A stretch of 64,000 nt of DNA from Schizochytrium sp. TIO01 (GCA_004764695.1 SMSO01000014.1:6934029-6998028); one strand, 5' to 3'; positions 45,403 to 59,165 are shown, counted from the stretch's first letter. Notes: generated from the sequence alone by a model not told the origin. Translations and numbers: made by a program.

Positions 45403-48400
45403 TCATGACACTATCATTAGCACCAAAACATCTGCGTATTAGCGAGTGTTCTCTGTAGCTGTTTCGCATGAATATTACTTCACCCGTACTGGAAGATTGC
45501 AAAAACCAGCATGAGACACATGGAAGCAACTCGTCAGAAAACCAGTAAAAAGGATTCATATATTTAGTTGTATGAGAAGAGATTTTGGATGAGTTATTAA
45601 TTGGAAGATTGATTTACTGATCTGCTTTAGACAATCGCAATTTCCAAATATTATTTAAAACAGAGAAACCTAGAGAGTATAAGATATTGTAAGAATCCGC
45701 TCGGTACATATGTTTATAACCTTCTCAAACTTGACTTCCCAGCTATTGCCTGAGTCGTTCTTCTACAAGGCCCCGAGTCTCTCAAGGCAAGCAATGCTTC
45801 GGTTAGAACACCAGGTATCTTGTTAATAGAATCCTTCGTTGGAGATAGCCGGACTCCGAAAACAAACGTAGTCTATAGGTATAAACGTAGTATTCTAAAT
45901 TAATTCATGAACAGACTATGAGCTACTGCTAGAAGTTAAACTTTGGCTGTCGAAGCAGGTGAAGGAGAGAATGATCCAATTCTGGTTATTGATACATGTT
46001 AAGGCCTGCATAGAGGATACAGGTATGAAGAATTTAGGTCGGTAAGTTAAAATAGTTTTGGGCTAGCTAGATATATCTTCAATAGTAACCTATAGAGGTA
46101 AGTAGACTGCTATATTCGTATTCTAGGTTTGAAAAGCTCTTCATCTAAGCTACCAGATACTCATTCAACGAATTAGTCTTTAATGAAGGATGATAATTCA
46201 ATAATTGATAAACAGATAGTCCGTGATATGAGGTGTTGTTAGACAAGGAATGGTGTTTGTACAAACACAAAGATGGGCAATTGGACGAGCAATTAGGCGA
46301 ATTCTGGATAACATCTTGGCCAGGTCTTTGTAAGACCTAGCAGAGTACATCATATTAATTGCTGGTCATCAAGGCCTGAGTTTGGCACACTCGTGTAAGC
46401 ATTGCAGAGAGAGCAGATGGGATACAGTATAGCTGACAGCTTAGAACGTGCTTGAAATTCTAGCATTTTGTGATTATAATCAAGTCCATTACATTTCACA
46501 TGTAAGCTATATAACTTAGTGAATTCAATTTTCAGGGAACAGATCGCCAGGATATACAGCCTGAGTGAACTTGCTAGCCTTTTCACGCCCTTCACTCACA
46601 TTCAAGGTTCTGACACAATAAAATCATTAAAGTTTTGCACCTGCAAGCATTGATTCTTCTATAATACTTTCCAAGGACACAAGCAAATGGACGGTTGGGA
46701 CCCGTAGAGTGAAATAAACGGTCTTTAGGGAACCAGACGACGAAGGCTAGTATAGCGGTTATACAAAATGATTTCATATACTGTTCGCTGGATCAAAGAA
46801 TTCATTATGATAGATCGAGATATAGTACAAATCATATCTTCAATCGTCTTTGTAGAAAACGATGCTAATCAAAAGCAAAAATAGCTGTTCTAAATGAATC
46901 ATGATACTTCTATCGAGTAATTCAGCATGATTGTCTTTAAGAAGGGGGCAATAACCGTAAACATGATGTCATTGAAAGCAAATTCTATAATCTGGGGAGC
47001 GCATATGAGATTTTCTGAATCTACATATTAGCATGTAGCTCCTTAAGTTTGGCTTCATGTTTGTGTGTTTTCTTAGGACTGCAGTTTCACAAACGACGTC
47101 AACTCATGATTGACGACCCACACTGACTCTCATGATGACCCCCTAATTTAATCCGTAGATTATTAAATATTATAACATTATATATGAGGGGGGTATTTTA
47201 GGAAATTAAAATGATATAATATATTGCAAAGTACAAATAAAGTTTGAAACGTATGGATATTTTTTTAAAACCATAAACAAAGGTATTCTGGTTAGTCCTT
47301 CTTTCTTGGATGCAAACACAGGTCAGCATTTACCAGGTAGAATCAGAAATGTCATAAAAAGGCGTTGCGGTTCGACATCGATCTTGAATCGCGTCGATAC
47401 TGCTTCAGAGACTTTCTCTATTCGCTTATCCGGGGTATAGTATGGTCAGTCAAAATTAAAATAATCGAAGATCTATTTGAATGAAAAGCAACAAATAAAA
47501 CATGCTTTCCCTCTAAAATTGAAATTTAAGGTTGTTACTCTAATTTGAGCGTTGAATTTATCAGAGACAAAAGAATAAAGACTGCAACCCAGCATGGAGC
47601 ATGCCATATTTTGTCATTAATGTTTGGAGGAGCTCAGGTAAAAATTTGCCCCAAAACCTTACATTTAGTCACAGTCCAGTTAAGACAAATATAGCACATT
47701 CAATATAATATAATTGTTGTTCATGATAGAAAAAGGTATTGCGACGTTGATGCTACTGCACTCAATCCTTGCTTTCTCCGTACGGAAGGGGAACGCTATA
47801 CATGCGATGGGTTTTACACAGCTGGTATAATATGGTTTTAATAATGCTTGCTGCAGGTAGAAGCTATATATATATATTCTGCGGTTGTTCCCGGAAAACT
47901 GCAGGCGATGACAACCACTTATGTTCATCATGTTGATCATTGGTTCTTCGCGTGTCCAGAATTCCATCTAACCCCCAACAAGAAAGGGGATACGACTGGA
48001 ATGAAGAAGAGGACTTTTTACAAATTCACAACTTCTGCCATACATTTGGAGGCTGTATAAAAAATAACAATATTTATCAACTTAAAAATTTCCATTCTCG
48101 TTTTAGAAATTAAAACTTGAAAACAAAGTTGAAACATTGAGGTACTATTCATTTTATTATTCACTTGTTTAACCGTGCAATCGATAAAGCATAAATTTTG
48201 CATGAGTAATGAAGATATTTCTACCCAGGTTGCCCTGATACCTAGAGGTGTGGATGGCAAATATAAGATTTTCATCATTATATTCTTATGTAGAGTAAAG
48301 ATTGTTGTTTCTCATGGAGAATTACAGATTATAGCTTTAGTTGCCGCATTTTGCTACTGCTAATATCATTTGAATAGGTTTACGACTGTGCTGCTAAAAC

Positions 48401-50008
48401 ACCTTAATCGTACTAGACTATTCCACCCAATTGAAGAATACTTCGATGTATGCCTAAGTGTGAGAGATTCTCCATTCAACCACACTAATTAAAGGTTACC
48501 TACTCCTGGCAAACCTTTTACTCGGGCCAAAACTCCAGTCAAAATATTTTTTTCTTATACTGTTAAACTCTGCATGGGCTGGCAGTGTGGTGACCACCAT
48601 CAGGTCACTCAGCTTTGGAGGATTATGACTGCTCAGGTAGTCCTAATTCAACTAGCCTGAAACCCACTTGTAGGGTCTGTAACCCGTCACCCAAATCCAA
48701 GGTATCATCACAAGGAGGAACCTACGATGTGGTGTGTCAATGTCTATCATTTTCTCACCCACTACGACATCTCTGGGATTGATAGACCCAAGCATCGTGT
48801 ATAACTGTAGGTAGCAGGTACCCATGTTATCATCTTGGATAAGAATAAGAGTGGGTATTCAACTTGGTTGGTTCATCTCTCTCTTGCTCTGTTGAATCAT
48901 TCTGCCTAGTTTCTGCCTCCTGAGTGACCTGCTCGACTGCACCCAAAAGTGGAACAGTAGAAAACTGGAATAGTGAATGAATTTTTTAGTCAATAACCTA
49001 TTACAATTGACTGAATGACTCGAAGTGGATGAGTGGTGGAATGGTCATCATCGTCGATGATTCGTCATCGGTGATGCTCTCGTATTCAGCAGACTCTCGG
49101 GTCCCATTCTTCCATCTCGGCGGCGATGTGGAAGTTCAGCCCCGAATGCAATCGATTCAGCTCTCACTGAAAGAAAACTAGCAATGACTAGTAGTATCTT
49201 AGCTGCTGACTACTGCGATTCCGCATTGACGACTCGTATTTTTAATTCCATCATAATAATCATAATATAGTGAAGTGACTTTTGAATTAAAGCAACGTAA
49301 AATTGTTTTTTGTTTTGTTGTAAAAAGTTTTTCTTTTTTTTCTTTTTTTCCGCTGGTTCTGAAGTTGCTTTTCTCAAATCTAAATCTCAATCTGCATTCG
49401 AACCACCACTCAGGCAGTAGTGGCTGTTGCTCGGTCTACCTGCCTATTGCCTGCGTAGGTACACGCGCCTCCTGAGAGAAAGAACCCTGCCAAACTACCT
49501 ATTGCGCCGCACAGTAAATGCACTACCTACCTCCATCGCCTGCCTCGTCAACAATATTGATTTGAGCACTAGGCATTGTAATTCTGTTCTTTCTATCCCC
49601 ACCTACGCACATTTCATTTGCATGCCTATGTATGATAGACTGAGAGAGAGAGAGAGAGAGAGACCTGAGTTCCCGAGTCTGTCTGAGTCTGTGCGATGCG
49701 GCACTCCTTTCTACCCATCCATCCATTATCAAACAGCGAGAACAGACTCTGTGACATACATGTTCACTGCGGTAACCGATTTGAGGCTGTTCTGCTCAAG
49801 GACGATTCGAGCGTATCCGAGAGCACTGGTGAGGATGTGTTCCGGTCGGGCGTATGCCACGCATCCAAATTGTAAAAGCTACTATTGCTGCTGATCACAT
49901 GAAGGCTCAGGATACGCCTTACTGAGTTAGACCTTCCATCTGGCATTGATTGGCAGCTCCAAGTCTGTTGAAGCTATCTCTCGCGAGTGCTCCAAAGACG
50001 CACGCGGC

Positions 50009-50009
<1 letters not shown>

Positions 50010-50042
<33 letters not shown>

Positions 50043-50094
50043 ATGGTGATGGTGATGATGATGGTGATGGTGATGATGGTGATGGAGGTGGTGG
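50010..50094. repeat. (CTG)n followed by (GAT/GGT)n repeat
   Basis: Read directly; lies in the long non-coding region upstream of the SulP gene. Confidence 0.9.
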
Positions 50095-50776
50095 ACCCTG
50101 ATCCTGAAGAGACCGCTATTGAATCATCGCGAGTCGTGTGCAGAAGGCAATCTGAGGATAAGCAAGGCCGACGGTGCTTCAATTCGTACTCTGGAGATAT
50201 AGGTGCAACAGACAATTCAGACCACCGCTAAGGTCGCTGCGATTAAGGCAGAATGGTGCGAGAGATGAAAGTGATCGATTGAGGAGCATCAGCAGCAGCA
50301 ATGGAGCATCAATAGGTAAGTAGGCTGAGCTAGGTACTTCGTGAAGACATCTGCTGCCAAACTGAGAGGGAGTCTGACTACTGTACTACGTATGTCACCT
50401 CAGAAAGTCTGCCTCGTTCGTGGTTCGCATGAAGCCAAGCTCCGGTCAGCCAAGCAAGTGGAGACTGGCGATAAGGTAGGTAGGCAGGTAGGCAGCAGGA
50501 GAAGACGCAGCAGGGCTGTTCAACGGGTTTCATTCGGGTTAGTTCCTGAAGATGTCTGGTGATTTGGTAGCACCCTCAGTACTATTGGTGGCCAGCCAAC
50601 CAACCATTTTCATAAGGAGTAGCCATTCAAAAGACAGTGCAAAACGTAACCCCAAATGCACCTCGGCGTGAGCCAGGAACAACTAACCATGGTTGGTAAT
50701 CTTAGTTCTCTCCAGGGTTTTTGTTCAGGAGCAACAGGCTCTGGCCGAGTGGGTTGTTGGCAGAGCCACCACATTT

Positions 50777-51002
50777 GTTGTTATTATCATTATTATCATT
50801 GTTATCATTATTATCATTATTATCATTATTATCATTATTATCATTATTATCATTATTATCATTATTATCATTATTATCATTATTGTTATTATTATTGTTA
50901 TTATTGTTATTATTGTTATTATTGTTATTATTGTTATTATTATTGTTATTATTGTTATTATTGTTATTATTGTTATTATTGTTATTATTGTTATTATTAT
51001 TA
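50777..51002. repeat. Compound 9-bp-periodic microsatellite (TTATCATTA)n switching to (TTATTGTTA)n
   Basis: Read directly; the source of five low-complexity spurious ORFs. Confidence 0.95.
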
Positions 51003-52183
51003 AAATAAAAGATTTTGATAAAGGAAAGAAGAGGAACAACAACAACAAAAGAGCGACCTGCATGCATCATTTCTTACTTTTTTATGTGTTTGATTATGGA
51101 AAAGTTGGTTTATTTCCCCCCTTCTTTGCTTCTTCCTTACGTTCCCACGCGTGTTACAGAGCTTTTACTTAGGTACAGAACCTAGTTATTGCGGCACAGT
51201 GACAGCTGATAGAGGTAGGCAGGTACATAGGCATAGTTGATGTAGTTTTGCCGGAGTCTATTCGTTTCTTATGTACTTAACTTTAAAAAGCAAAAGAAGA
51301 CACTGGTTAGTGAAGGAATACCCATCCCTTGTTCCTAACTACTCTTGAAATAAATGAATATTGGCCCTTGAAGTTGTTGCTATTGTGTTGAGAAGCTCCT
51401 CTGGGTCTCGAGGCAAACAAATTTCATACTGTAATATTATAGATATCAGCAGCCTGTTGTCAGGATATTTGGAGCCTCAGGAGTTTGCTGGCTGCAGTCT
51501 GAAGGCTCCTCATCTATGGTTTCAGAATGACATAGAAAGAAAAGGAAAGAAAAGAAAAGGAAAGAAAAGAAAAGAAAAAGGTGCCCTGGTATGATCAAAG
51601 TAGAAAAGTAGTTAGAATTTTTATGATCTGACAGTGTCAACATGGAGATTTCCTGACCTGGGTGACTCACATTACATTGGCGCCTCGGAATTCGAAATAA
51701 GCAACCGTCACAGTCTAATAAGCCAGATGACAGCTTGCTTCTATTTGTCCAACTACTTCGTCATTCTATTTCATTGAATTGTTTAAAAAGAATATACGGA
51801 CATTTAAGAAATAGTACTAGTAGGTACCTACCTACCTACCTTCCTACTTTTCTGGGTATATTTTATTTTCTAAAGGCGCGACTTTCACTACCTGCAATTG
51901 AGGGAGAGATGATTGTTCTTAATCAGGCTAACTTACGCACGCACGCACGCACAAACGAACGAACGAACGAACGAACGAAGGCACTCACATTGTCGCAACT
52001 TGAATAATTTAATAGTTGCGGATTGCATGGGAATACGACAGCACCTTGAAATGCTGCAGTCTTGAAGTGCTGCCTTGTCTACAGATAACTTTAGTTACAG
52101 CATGGCGCGTGCCGTTGTTTGGGTGTTTCTTCCTTCTGCGTTGAAGCTGTTGAGGCCTGTAAAGTTGTCTCTTGCCATCAACT

Positions 52184-52234
52184 GAAGAAGAAGAAGAAGA
52201 AGAAGAAGAAGAAGAAGAAGAAGAAGAAGAAGAA
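52184..52234. repeat. (GAA)~17 microsatellite
   Basis: Read directly. Confidence 0.95.
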
Positions 52235-53800
52235 GCAAAGAGATGATCAAGTTGCGAAAGGTATGAAACCATCATTGGTGATGGCAAACCGTCTTCAGGT
52301 CGGGCACACTAGGTGTCGGAAGAACACGAGGCAGATAACTGATACTTCAACCTGAATTCTCAACTTTATACCGTATTTATATCACAAACTAATGTTCCCT
52401 TCTTGATTGATACTGGTTGGTACTACTCATGGCACCATCATGATCAAGAAAACCCGCGCAACGAAACGGGAGAGAGCTCGAAGATGAAGATGCAATTCTC
52501 CGACGTTCATTCCTTCTTGGGCCCCATGTCGCGAGGACACTTGGACGTTTAACTAATATAGGACATGTAATTTGATTCTTGCGCTCGCATAGGCTCGAGT
52601 TCACAAGAGCCACCATCGTTTCTCACGTTCTGGAATGAATACATGCTATACCTAGGTAGGTAGGTAGGCAGGCAGGCAGGCAGGCACCTACAAGTGTACC
52701 GATGTGAAGGATGCCGTTGCATAGCAATGGAAAGCTTCGCTTTCTTTTGCAGTCGGTCATTTGATGGCTGTCTGTTTATTTGTTTTATTGAGCGCTTCTC
52801 TTTTCTTCTCTTGGTTTCTCTTTCTTTGAAGCTTCGCTCTTTTCTGCGTTCTACAACAGCACTCTCTTTCCTGGAACAATATTTGCGAGGTATTCAAAAA
52901 AGAGCATCAAAATAAAAGTTTAATTTAATTACAAAAAATAAATATATGAATACTTCCAGAACTTGCCTACCCACCAGGTACGTTTATTATTATTATTAAA
53001 TAGGTTGAAAAGAAGAAACAAAGAAGAAGAAAAAAAAGAGAAAGGGCAAAAGCAGCAATTCAAGGTACTACCAGAAACGCTAGGAAGTTATTTATTGCTT
53101 TGAGTGAAAATGTTTATTATTATTATTATTATTATTATTAAATATATATAATAATAAAACATTTCAATAAGTACTACATGAAAATTATTAAAAAGTCTTT
53201 TTTGATAAAAAGCAACAGCTAATGAAGAGGTACATCAGGGAGAGAATAGCGCGAAGTGCTACCAGAAGCGTTCAAGTTTGTTTAATTAAAAACATTCTTT
53301 CAAAATAAAACAAATTTAAAATTTGGAGGTTCATCGTCATCAGCATCATCATCGTCTGCATCAGCGCACCATCACATTCTCCTTCAGTCTTATGATCACC
53401 ATACCTCTAATTTGATAGAGCAAGCAGGCAGTTCTCAAGAACTGGTCTTGCCTGCTCGTTTGTTTCGAAGCAGGTGGCTAGCTGCTCGTTTGTGGCCGGC
53501 AGTCGCGGCTTGTTGGCCGTTGCTGAGCACATCACTCTCCTCCCCCTTCACAAGAGAAAACGCAAGCCTTCAGCTAAAGGAGACTGGCCTTCATTCTCCC
53601 GAGCAAGCAGCCCTAGCAAAGAGGCCAACAGGGTCAGCCAGGTCCACGTTGCTCTGGAGTGGACTGTCACCAGTAGACTACTTTGGTGGCTTTTCTCAAG
53701 TTTGATCGTATTCTAGAAACGATATTAGTGCTGTGCCGCGAGACACCTTGAGAGAGATTGACGCTACCAGCGCGTGCTATAATATTTAAAAGGAATTACC

Positions 53801-56110
53801 ATGCTCTCAAACAGCAAGGACGAATTGCAGGAGCAGCAGCAACAACACGAGGTAGAGCTCAACGATGTTCGCCAAGGTTCAAAGTTAAGCGATGCTGCAT
53901 CATCGAAGCCATCCCTTCACCCAGAAGATGATCCTGCATTCTACAACACATGGAAGTTAATTCTTTCGCTCCCCGTGAATAAAGCCAAGGCTCAAGCTCT
54001 CTTTCGTGAAGTTATGAGCGGAGTCACCGTAGCGCTGGCCCAAGTGCCTGAAGCAGTAGCTTTTAGTTTTACAGCCGGCGTTTCACCCATCATTGGTCTT
54101 CAAGCCGCATGGCTCATGTGTCTCATTAGTGGTTTGTTCGGAGGTGCACCCGGTCTGGTCAGCGGTGCAACAGGTGCTATCGCCGTTGTTTTGCCTGATT
54201 TTGTTGAGGAGTACGGTGTAGGTTATCTTTTCATGTCGATTTTTATTATGGGAATTCTCCAAATTGTGATTGGCCTTATTGGAGGAGCTAAACTTATTCG
54301 TTTTGTGGGTCATCCAATTATGCTTGGTTTTTGTAACGGGCTTGCCGTTGTGATCGCAATCGCTCAGTTGCATAGTTTCGAGAAGGCCCGGTACTGTAGT
54401 GTCAAGTGTGACAGTCCTGATTATGACTGGAACTCTTGTATCCAAGTTGATCCTAGTGACGATGTGCCTGATGATTACCCTCACCGCTGCACTGTCTACA
54501 TTACAGGCGCTACTGCAGGATGGCAGGCCTTTGAGTGTGTTGCTACAATGGCTGTTATTTACTTTCTTCCCAAACTTACTCTGCTATTTCCAGCCTCTCT
54601 TGCCGGCATTATTGTTGGTACGGTAATCGAGTTTGCCATCGTCCGTACGACAGGCTTTGAAACCCCTACAGTCGGAGACACAGCTTCCGTGAAGGGATTT
54701 TTTCCAATTCCCGTTTGGGTGGATGACCGATACAAATCTGAGATCCCAAGCTTAGGAGACATTGACACTTGGACAACATGCCTTCCTACAGCTGCAATTA
54801 TGGCAGTAATTGGCCTTGTTGAATCTCTCATGACTCTGCAGCTTGTTGGCCAGATTACCGGTAAACGGCCTAACCCTAATGCAGAAGTCTTCGCTCAAGG
54901 CAGTGCAAGCATTATTGTTGGTATGTTTGGGGGCATGGGCGGGTGCGCTATGATTGGTCAGAGTATGATCAATGTTGGCCAAAACCGTGCACGTACTCGG
55001 ATCAGCACTGCGGTGGCCGGCATCTTCCTGCTTCTCATTATTCTGGTCGTATACCCTGCTATCAATCTTGTCCCAATGGCAAGTCTAGCAGGAGTCATGT
55101 TTATGGTTGTCATCGGTACCTTTGAGTGGCACTCTATTCCCATCATTGTGGCTAGTCTTCTTCCAGAACGATTCAGATCTCACCCACGCCTTAATTGGGC
55201 TCGTAAAATCAAGCGTACCGATGTCATTGTCATCGCCCTTGTTACCATTGTCGCTGTTGTGGCAAACCTTGCCTATGCAGTTGCTTCTGGTGTAGTCTTT
55301 GCTGCTCTTGTTTTTGCATGGGATTCTGCGGATCACCTTGAAGTGAATCCTGTTGAAGCTGAAGACCTTGTTGGGCGTTCTGGTAGCATGGATTATATTC
55401 GTACAAACAAGCGGACAGGCTCTGGATCTGATGATATTGAGCAACATGGTGCCAAAAATTTCGCTGATGATGCAAGTTCGAATCTTGGTGAGGACAAAAA
55501 GGACCCAATGAACGTTTCTGACGAGGAAATCATGCTGATGGACCCCACAAAGGTTAAAGTGTACCAAGTCAAAGGGCCACTCTTTTTCGCATCAGCTCAG
55601 CGCTTTGAGCACATGTTTCATCCTCACCATGACCCCGACACTGTTATTCTCTATTTGGACCAAGCTGTTCTTTCGGATTATTCCGCTCTCGCTGCTCTTA
55701 ATTCTGTATCAAGGGTGTACACAGTTTTGCAAAAACGCTTCCTTCTGCGCAAGGTCACGAGCCATTCACTCCGATCAATTCGTCAGGCTGGTCATCTGAT
55801 TTACACTTTTGATAAAACTCAGTCAGCCCAGGTCAACGAAAACGAACTCTTGAACATGGCACTAGCTCCCTCTTGGGAAACAATCGAAATTGATCCTGGA
55901 TATGATTCCCAAGGTGAATCTGATAGTGAGGCAACGGATCTGTCTGGTCATAAAATCGGCAATGAAAAGGGCCAGCAAAACAGTGTTGCACAATCAAATT
56001 CCGAAACTACTCGAGCTGATCGCAGCCGGAGCACCAGTACCAACAGCCAGGTTCACGTCGAGCTGTCTGGTGAAATTGACTCACAACCAAAATTCTCTGC
56101 ATCTGTTTAA
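53801..56110 (+). CDS. SulP/SLC26 anion transporter with STAS domain
   Basis: SGVTVALAQVPEAVAFSFTAGVSP, GGAPGLVSGATGA, GLVESLMT and GGMGGCAMIGQSMIN, plus STAS motifs VYQVKGPLFFAS and DYSALAAL. Confidence 0.95.
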   Translation: MLSNSKDELQEQQQQHEVELNDVRQGSKLSDAASSKPSLHPEDDPAFYNTWKLILSLPVNKAKAQALFREVMSGVTVALAQVPEAVAFSFTAGVSPIIGLQAAWLMCLISGLFGGAPGLVSGATGAIAVVLPDFVEEYGVGYLFMSIFIMGILQIVIGLIGGAKLIRFVGHPIMLGFCNGLAVVIAIAQLHSFEKARYCSVKCDSPDYDWNSCIQVDPSDDVPDDYPHRCTVYITGATAGWQAFECVATMAVIYFLPKLTLLFPASLAGIIVGTVIEFAIVRTTGFETPTVGDTASVKGFFPIPVWVDDRYKSEIPSLGDIDTWTTCLPTAAIMAVIGLVESLMTLQLVGQITGKRPNPNAEVFAQGSASIIVGMFGGMGGCAMIGQSMINVGQNRARTRISTAVAGIFLLLIILVVYPAINLVPMASLAGVMFMVVIGTFEWHSIPIIVASLLPERFRSHPRLNWARKIKRTDVIVIALVTIVAVVANLAYAVASGVVFAALVFAWDSADHLEVNPVEAEDLVGRSGSMDYIRTNKRTGSGSDDIEQHGAKNFADDASSNLGEDKKDPMNVSDEEIMLMDPTKVKVYQVKGPLFFASAQRFEHMFHPHHDPDTVILYLDQAVLSDYSALAALNSVSRVYTVLQKRFLLRKVTSHSLRSIRQAGHLIYTFDKTQSAQVNENELLNMALAPSWETIEIDPGYDSQGESDSEATDLSGHKIGNEKGQQNSVAQSNSETTRADRSRSTSTNSQVHVELSGEIDSQPKFSASV

Positions 56111-57600
56111 ATTTCTGTTGTTCTTTTAAAAATAACCTTCTCTTATTTTATTTTTTCAATTGACTGAAGCTAGAGTTATTGGCAACTCACAAGATAATAT
56201 ACCCCATGAATCGCCCTTTCATAACATCTGGCAAAGGGATTTGTACCTAATCACGGTTAAATAAGAGTAAACTTCATCACACGAAATCGTGCAAGAGCAG
56301 ATTGCTCAAGGTACCAGCTGAAGATAAGCTGACTCAGAGATTCTGTTCGTGCACAACAGTCGAACCACATTTCTATTCGATGCTTAATTCCTATCAACAA
56401 AATTTTATAGTCAAAACGTCGCGAGAGTCGCTTTCATATATTTGGAAATATATTACTTTATGCACTGGGTGAGGTAACGGGTTCAAAGTATTTCGAATGA
56501 TAAAAACGAAGTTTAATAGAAGGCCAGATATTGAGATCCGTTTGAAACCCTTTTGCACTTTAATTTCCAAGTTGACTGATGGCTGAGTGGTCGTAACGAC
56601 CTAGAGGATCAAAAGAACAACAGAAGAAATAGAAGGTGTTGCCTCTAGATATCATAGCTAGGACTCGTATGTGTCGTGCCGGTGAATCAGGATGACGAAG
56701 TAGCTACCTATACTTTGTGCGATTCAAATCTTCTTATACGGTGGTGCTGCGCCAACTTGAAGAGGGGAGTCACTCCTATGTCATGGTCTTTTCAAAATTA
56801 TGCACTCGTTCGTCTCATTTCCAACGGAACCTCCGGTGTTAGGTTTAAAGCTTTAGTAAGAAGGTAACTTTTATTTTTTTAATAATAGGGAGGTAAGCTC
56901 CGTTCCATTTCCCCTAGAAGCCAAGGGCATTAGACATATCACCACCCGTCGACATTCTATTTATTGCTGTGATTACCTTACTAGTCTTCTGATTGTCCGA
57001 ACATCATAATGAGTGGAGTTTTACCTATTTAGAAGTGAACCGCTCTTTGGAAAAATAGAGTTACAAATGAAGACAATGTATATATATAATATAAAATTCT
57101 AATAATGAGGTTTTAAAAAGTATGTCATGAATATTGAAGATAATATGAAGCATTAACGTCAAGTCTACCAAACATTTGCATGACGATGGATATGAGTAAG
57201 TCAAGGCGCCCAAACGCAAACGGACGGACGTTGATTTATTTTTTAAAGTGATAAAATATGGTCTCATTTTGTTCCATGGCTCTCTGAATTCACCTGAAAG
57301 GCCCCACAGGAGCACAACAGTGACTCAAACTTCCAAACACACTTGAGCACTTGTCCACGTTTCAAAATTAAAAAACGAAATAGAGCGAAAACAGAAAAGG
57401 CAATCGATCCGTCCCTCCTGAAAAACTCTCGTAAGCTTTAAAAGCTAGTGATACATGACTTTGGATAAATTAGGCCAACCAAAGTAAAGTGGCTCCCGCA
57501 CTAACTGAAAACTGCAAAATCGAAACGACCATGATTAGCTATCATAGTTCTTGCTAAATTGAGCAATTGTTTTGATCCTGTAGACCTCAATCGATTAAGA

Positions 57601-58527
57601 ATGGACGAATTCTTTGCCAATCGATCTAGGGATGCAACGATTCTTTTTTCAAACGCAAAAGCCACATTGTCCTTCAAACGCGCAATTTATACTACTTTGG
57701 GCTTTGGTTGCTTTCATACATGCTTTTTCTTGTATTGGACATTTCGAGTGTCTCGGGCTTGGCGACGCTCGCAGGATCGCCGAGGAAAACGAATTCTGCG
57801 TGAGCTACTTGGCCAGATTGTTGCGGCACTGTTATGCGTCGTGTATGCAGCTTCATTGATCCTTGGACACTTTCGATGGCAAACATGCTCTTACTATGGT
57901 TCAATAGGGGCAGTACTCTATGTTCTGTCCAATTGTTTTTGTTATAGACTTCTTGTGTCGCGAGCAATGATTGTGGTTGATGTAATGCCAGTATGGTATC
58001 GGAGGCTCCTCAAATGCATGCAATGGTCTATATGGGGATGTGTTCCCATGGCAATCCTATGCTTTTTAGCGTTTAGTGGAAAACTTCTTTTTAAAGAAGG
58101 AGTTTGTATTGAAGAATTGAATTCAAGCTTACCACTGTTTCAAGCTGCGATCAATACAATTTTTTCGATCGGGCTTCTTTCTCTATTCCTAGCTCCCGTG
58201 CTTCAACAATCTCGGCTAATGAACGCGGCAAGGAAATCTAACGGGATTCATAGTTCCCTAAAATCAAGGCGCTTGTCTCAAGTTGTGAAAAGGAATTTGT
58301 TATTCTCCTCCGTGTCTATAGCAAGTAGTTTTATAGTATTGCTAGCATGCTCTCTAACCACGGAAAAGACATTACAATGGAATTTAGACAAGCAACATTA
58401 CAATTTAATCCACTTCTACGCAGGTGGGATTGATCTTCTAATTAACACCACCATGAATATTTTCATGTACTATAGAGTAGTCAATCCGGACTCGAAAAAA
58501 ACCTCTGGCATCTGTGAAGCCATCTGA
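57601..58527 (+). CDS. Seven-transmembrane GPCR-like orphan protein (paralog B)
   Basis: About 7 hydrophobic segments. Shares LY..S......L..RA, loop Cys, S..LL..F...V, N..FS..SI and KQH..LI with the 44440 ORF. First ATG at 57601. Confidence 0.78.
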   Translation: MDEFFANRSRDATILFSNAKATLSFKRAIYTTLGFGCFHTCFFLYWTFRVSRAWRRSQDRRGKRILRELLGQIVAALLCVVYAASLILGHFRWQTCSYYGSIGAVLYVLSNCFCYRLLVSRAMIVVDVMPVWYRRLLKCMQWSIWGCVPMAILCFLAFSGKLLFKEGVCIEELNSSLPLFQAAINTIFSIGLLSLFLAPVLQQSRLMNAARKSNGIHSSLKSRRLSQVVKRNLLFSSVSIASSFIVLLACSLTTEKTLQWNLDKQHYNLIHFYAGGIDLLINTTMNIFMYYRVVNPDSKKTSGICEAI

Positions 58528-59165
58528 TGGCAAGAGACCTCTTGTTTTGCAGATTTGTAAAAGTAATAAGACTGAGTCTTCAACTACATAGATTGGTGGA
58601 CTATTAGTCAAACTTAGTTGTTCGGCACATTTGAAACCAGGCTTATTGGAAGAGAATTTGATATGACTGTTTACTAAAACAGAGAGACCGTGTGCTAGGA
58701 TTAAGAGTTTAATGCTTCTATAACTCCGCGGCATACTTTTGTACATTCAGATACGCATTCAGCTAAACTAAAACTAAAACTTTATGATAAGTTTCTCTGA
58801 TAAGAATAAAGAAATGCTGGGAACATTAAGAATTTGAAAATAAATCTTGGTTTCTATCCCATACAATGAATTTGCATAAGAATAACTCATGGAGGGCCAA
58901 AGTATTCTTATTCTACAGGTTCAAGTCCTTTTTTTTCTCTCTTTTTTATGGAGGTAAAAAATGTGTCCATAAACTGAAAAGCCAGACTACAGAAACACAC
59001 TAAACGTGGTTTCTACAGCATCACGCGTGATGATACACAGAGGTATCGACGCATAAACACCAACATTTGATTATGCCATTTCGAAAGGTAACTCATTCTT
59101 GGTGTTTAGAAATTACTATCCATGGTGACATAGTTCCACACTCGCACCGGTCTCAAAGGAGCTGT

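Noticed and set aside
46200-46920. Possible decayed third 7TM paralog on the minus strand
   Set aside because: Only a weak AILYPI resemblance and scattered hydrophobic fragments; unsupported without tblastn.
50656-51172. Poly-Y, I, N and L ORFs (similar ones at 61824-62201 and 52009-52355)
   Set aside because: Translations of microsatellites.
56578-56660. tRNA-like A box TGGCTGAGTGG
   Set aside because: No B box (GTTCRA) or cloverleaf follows.
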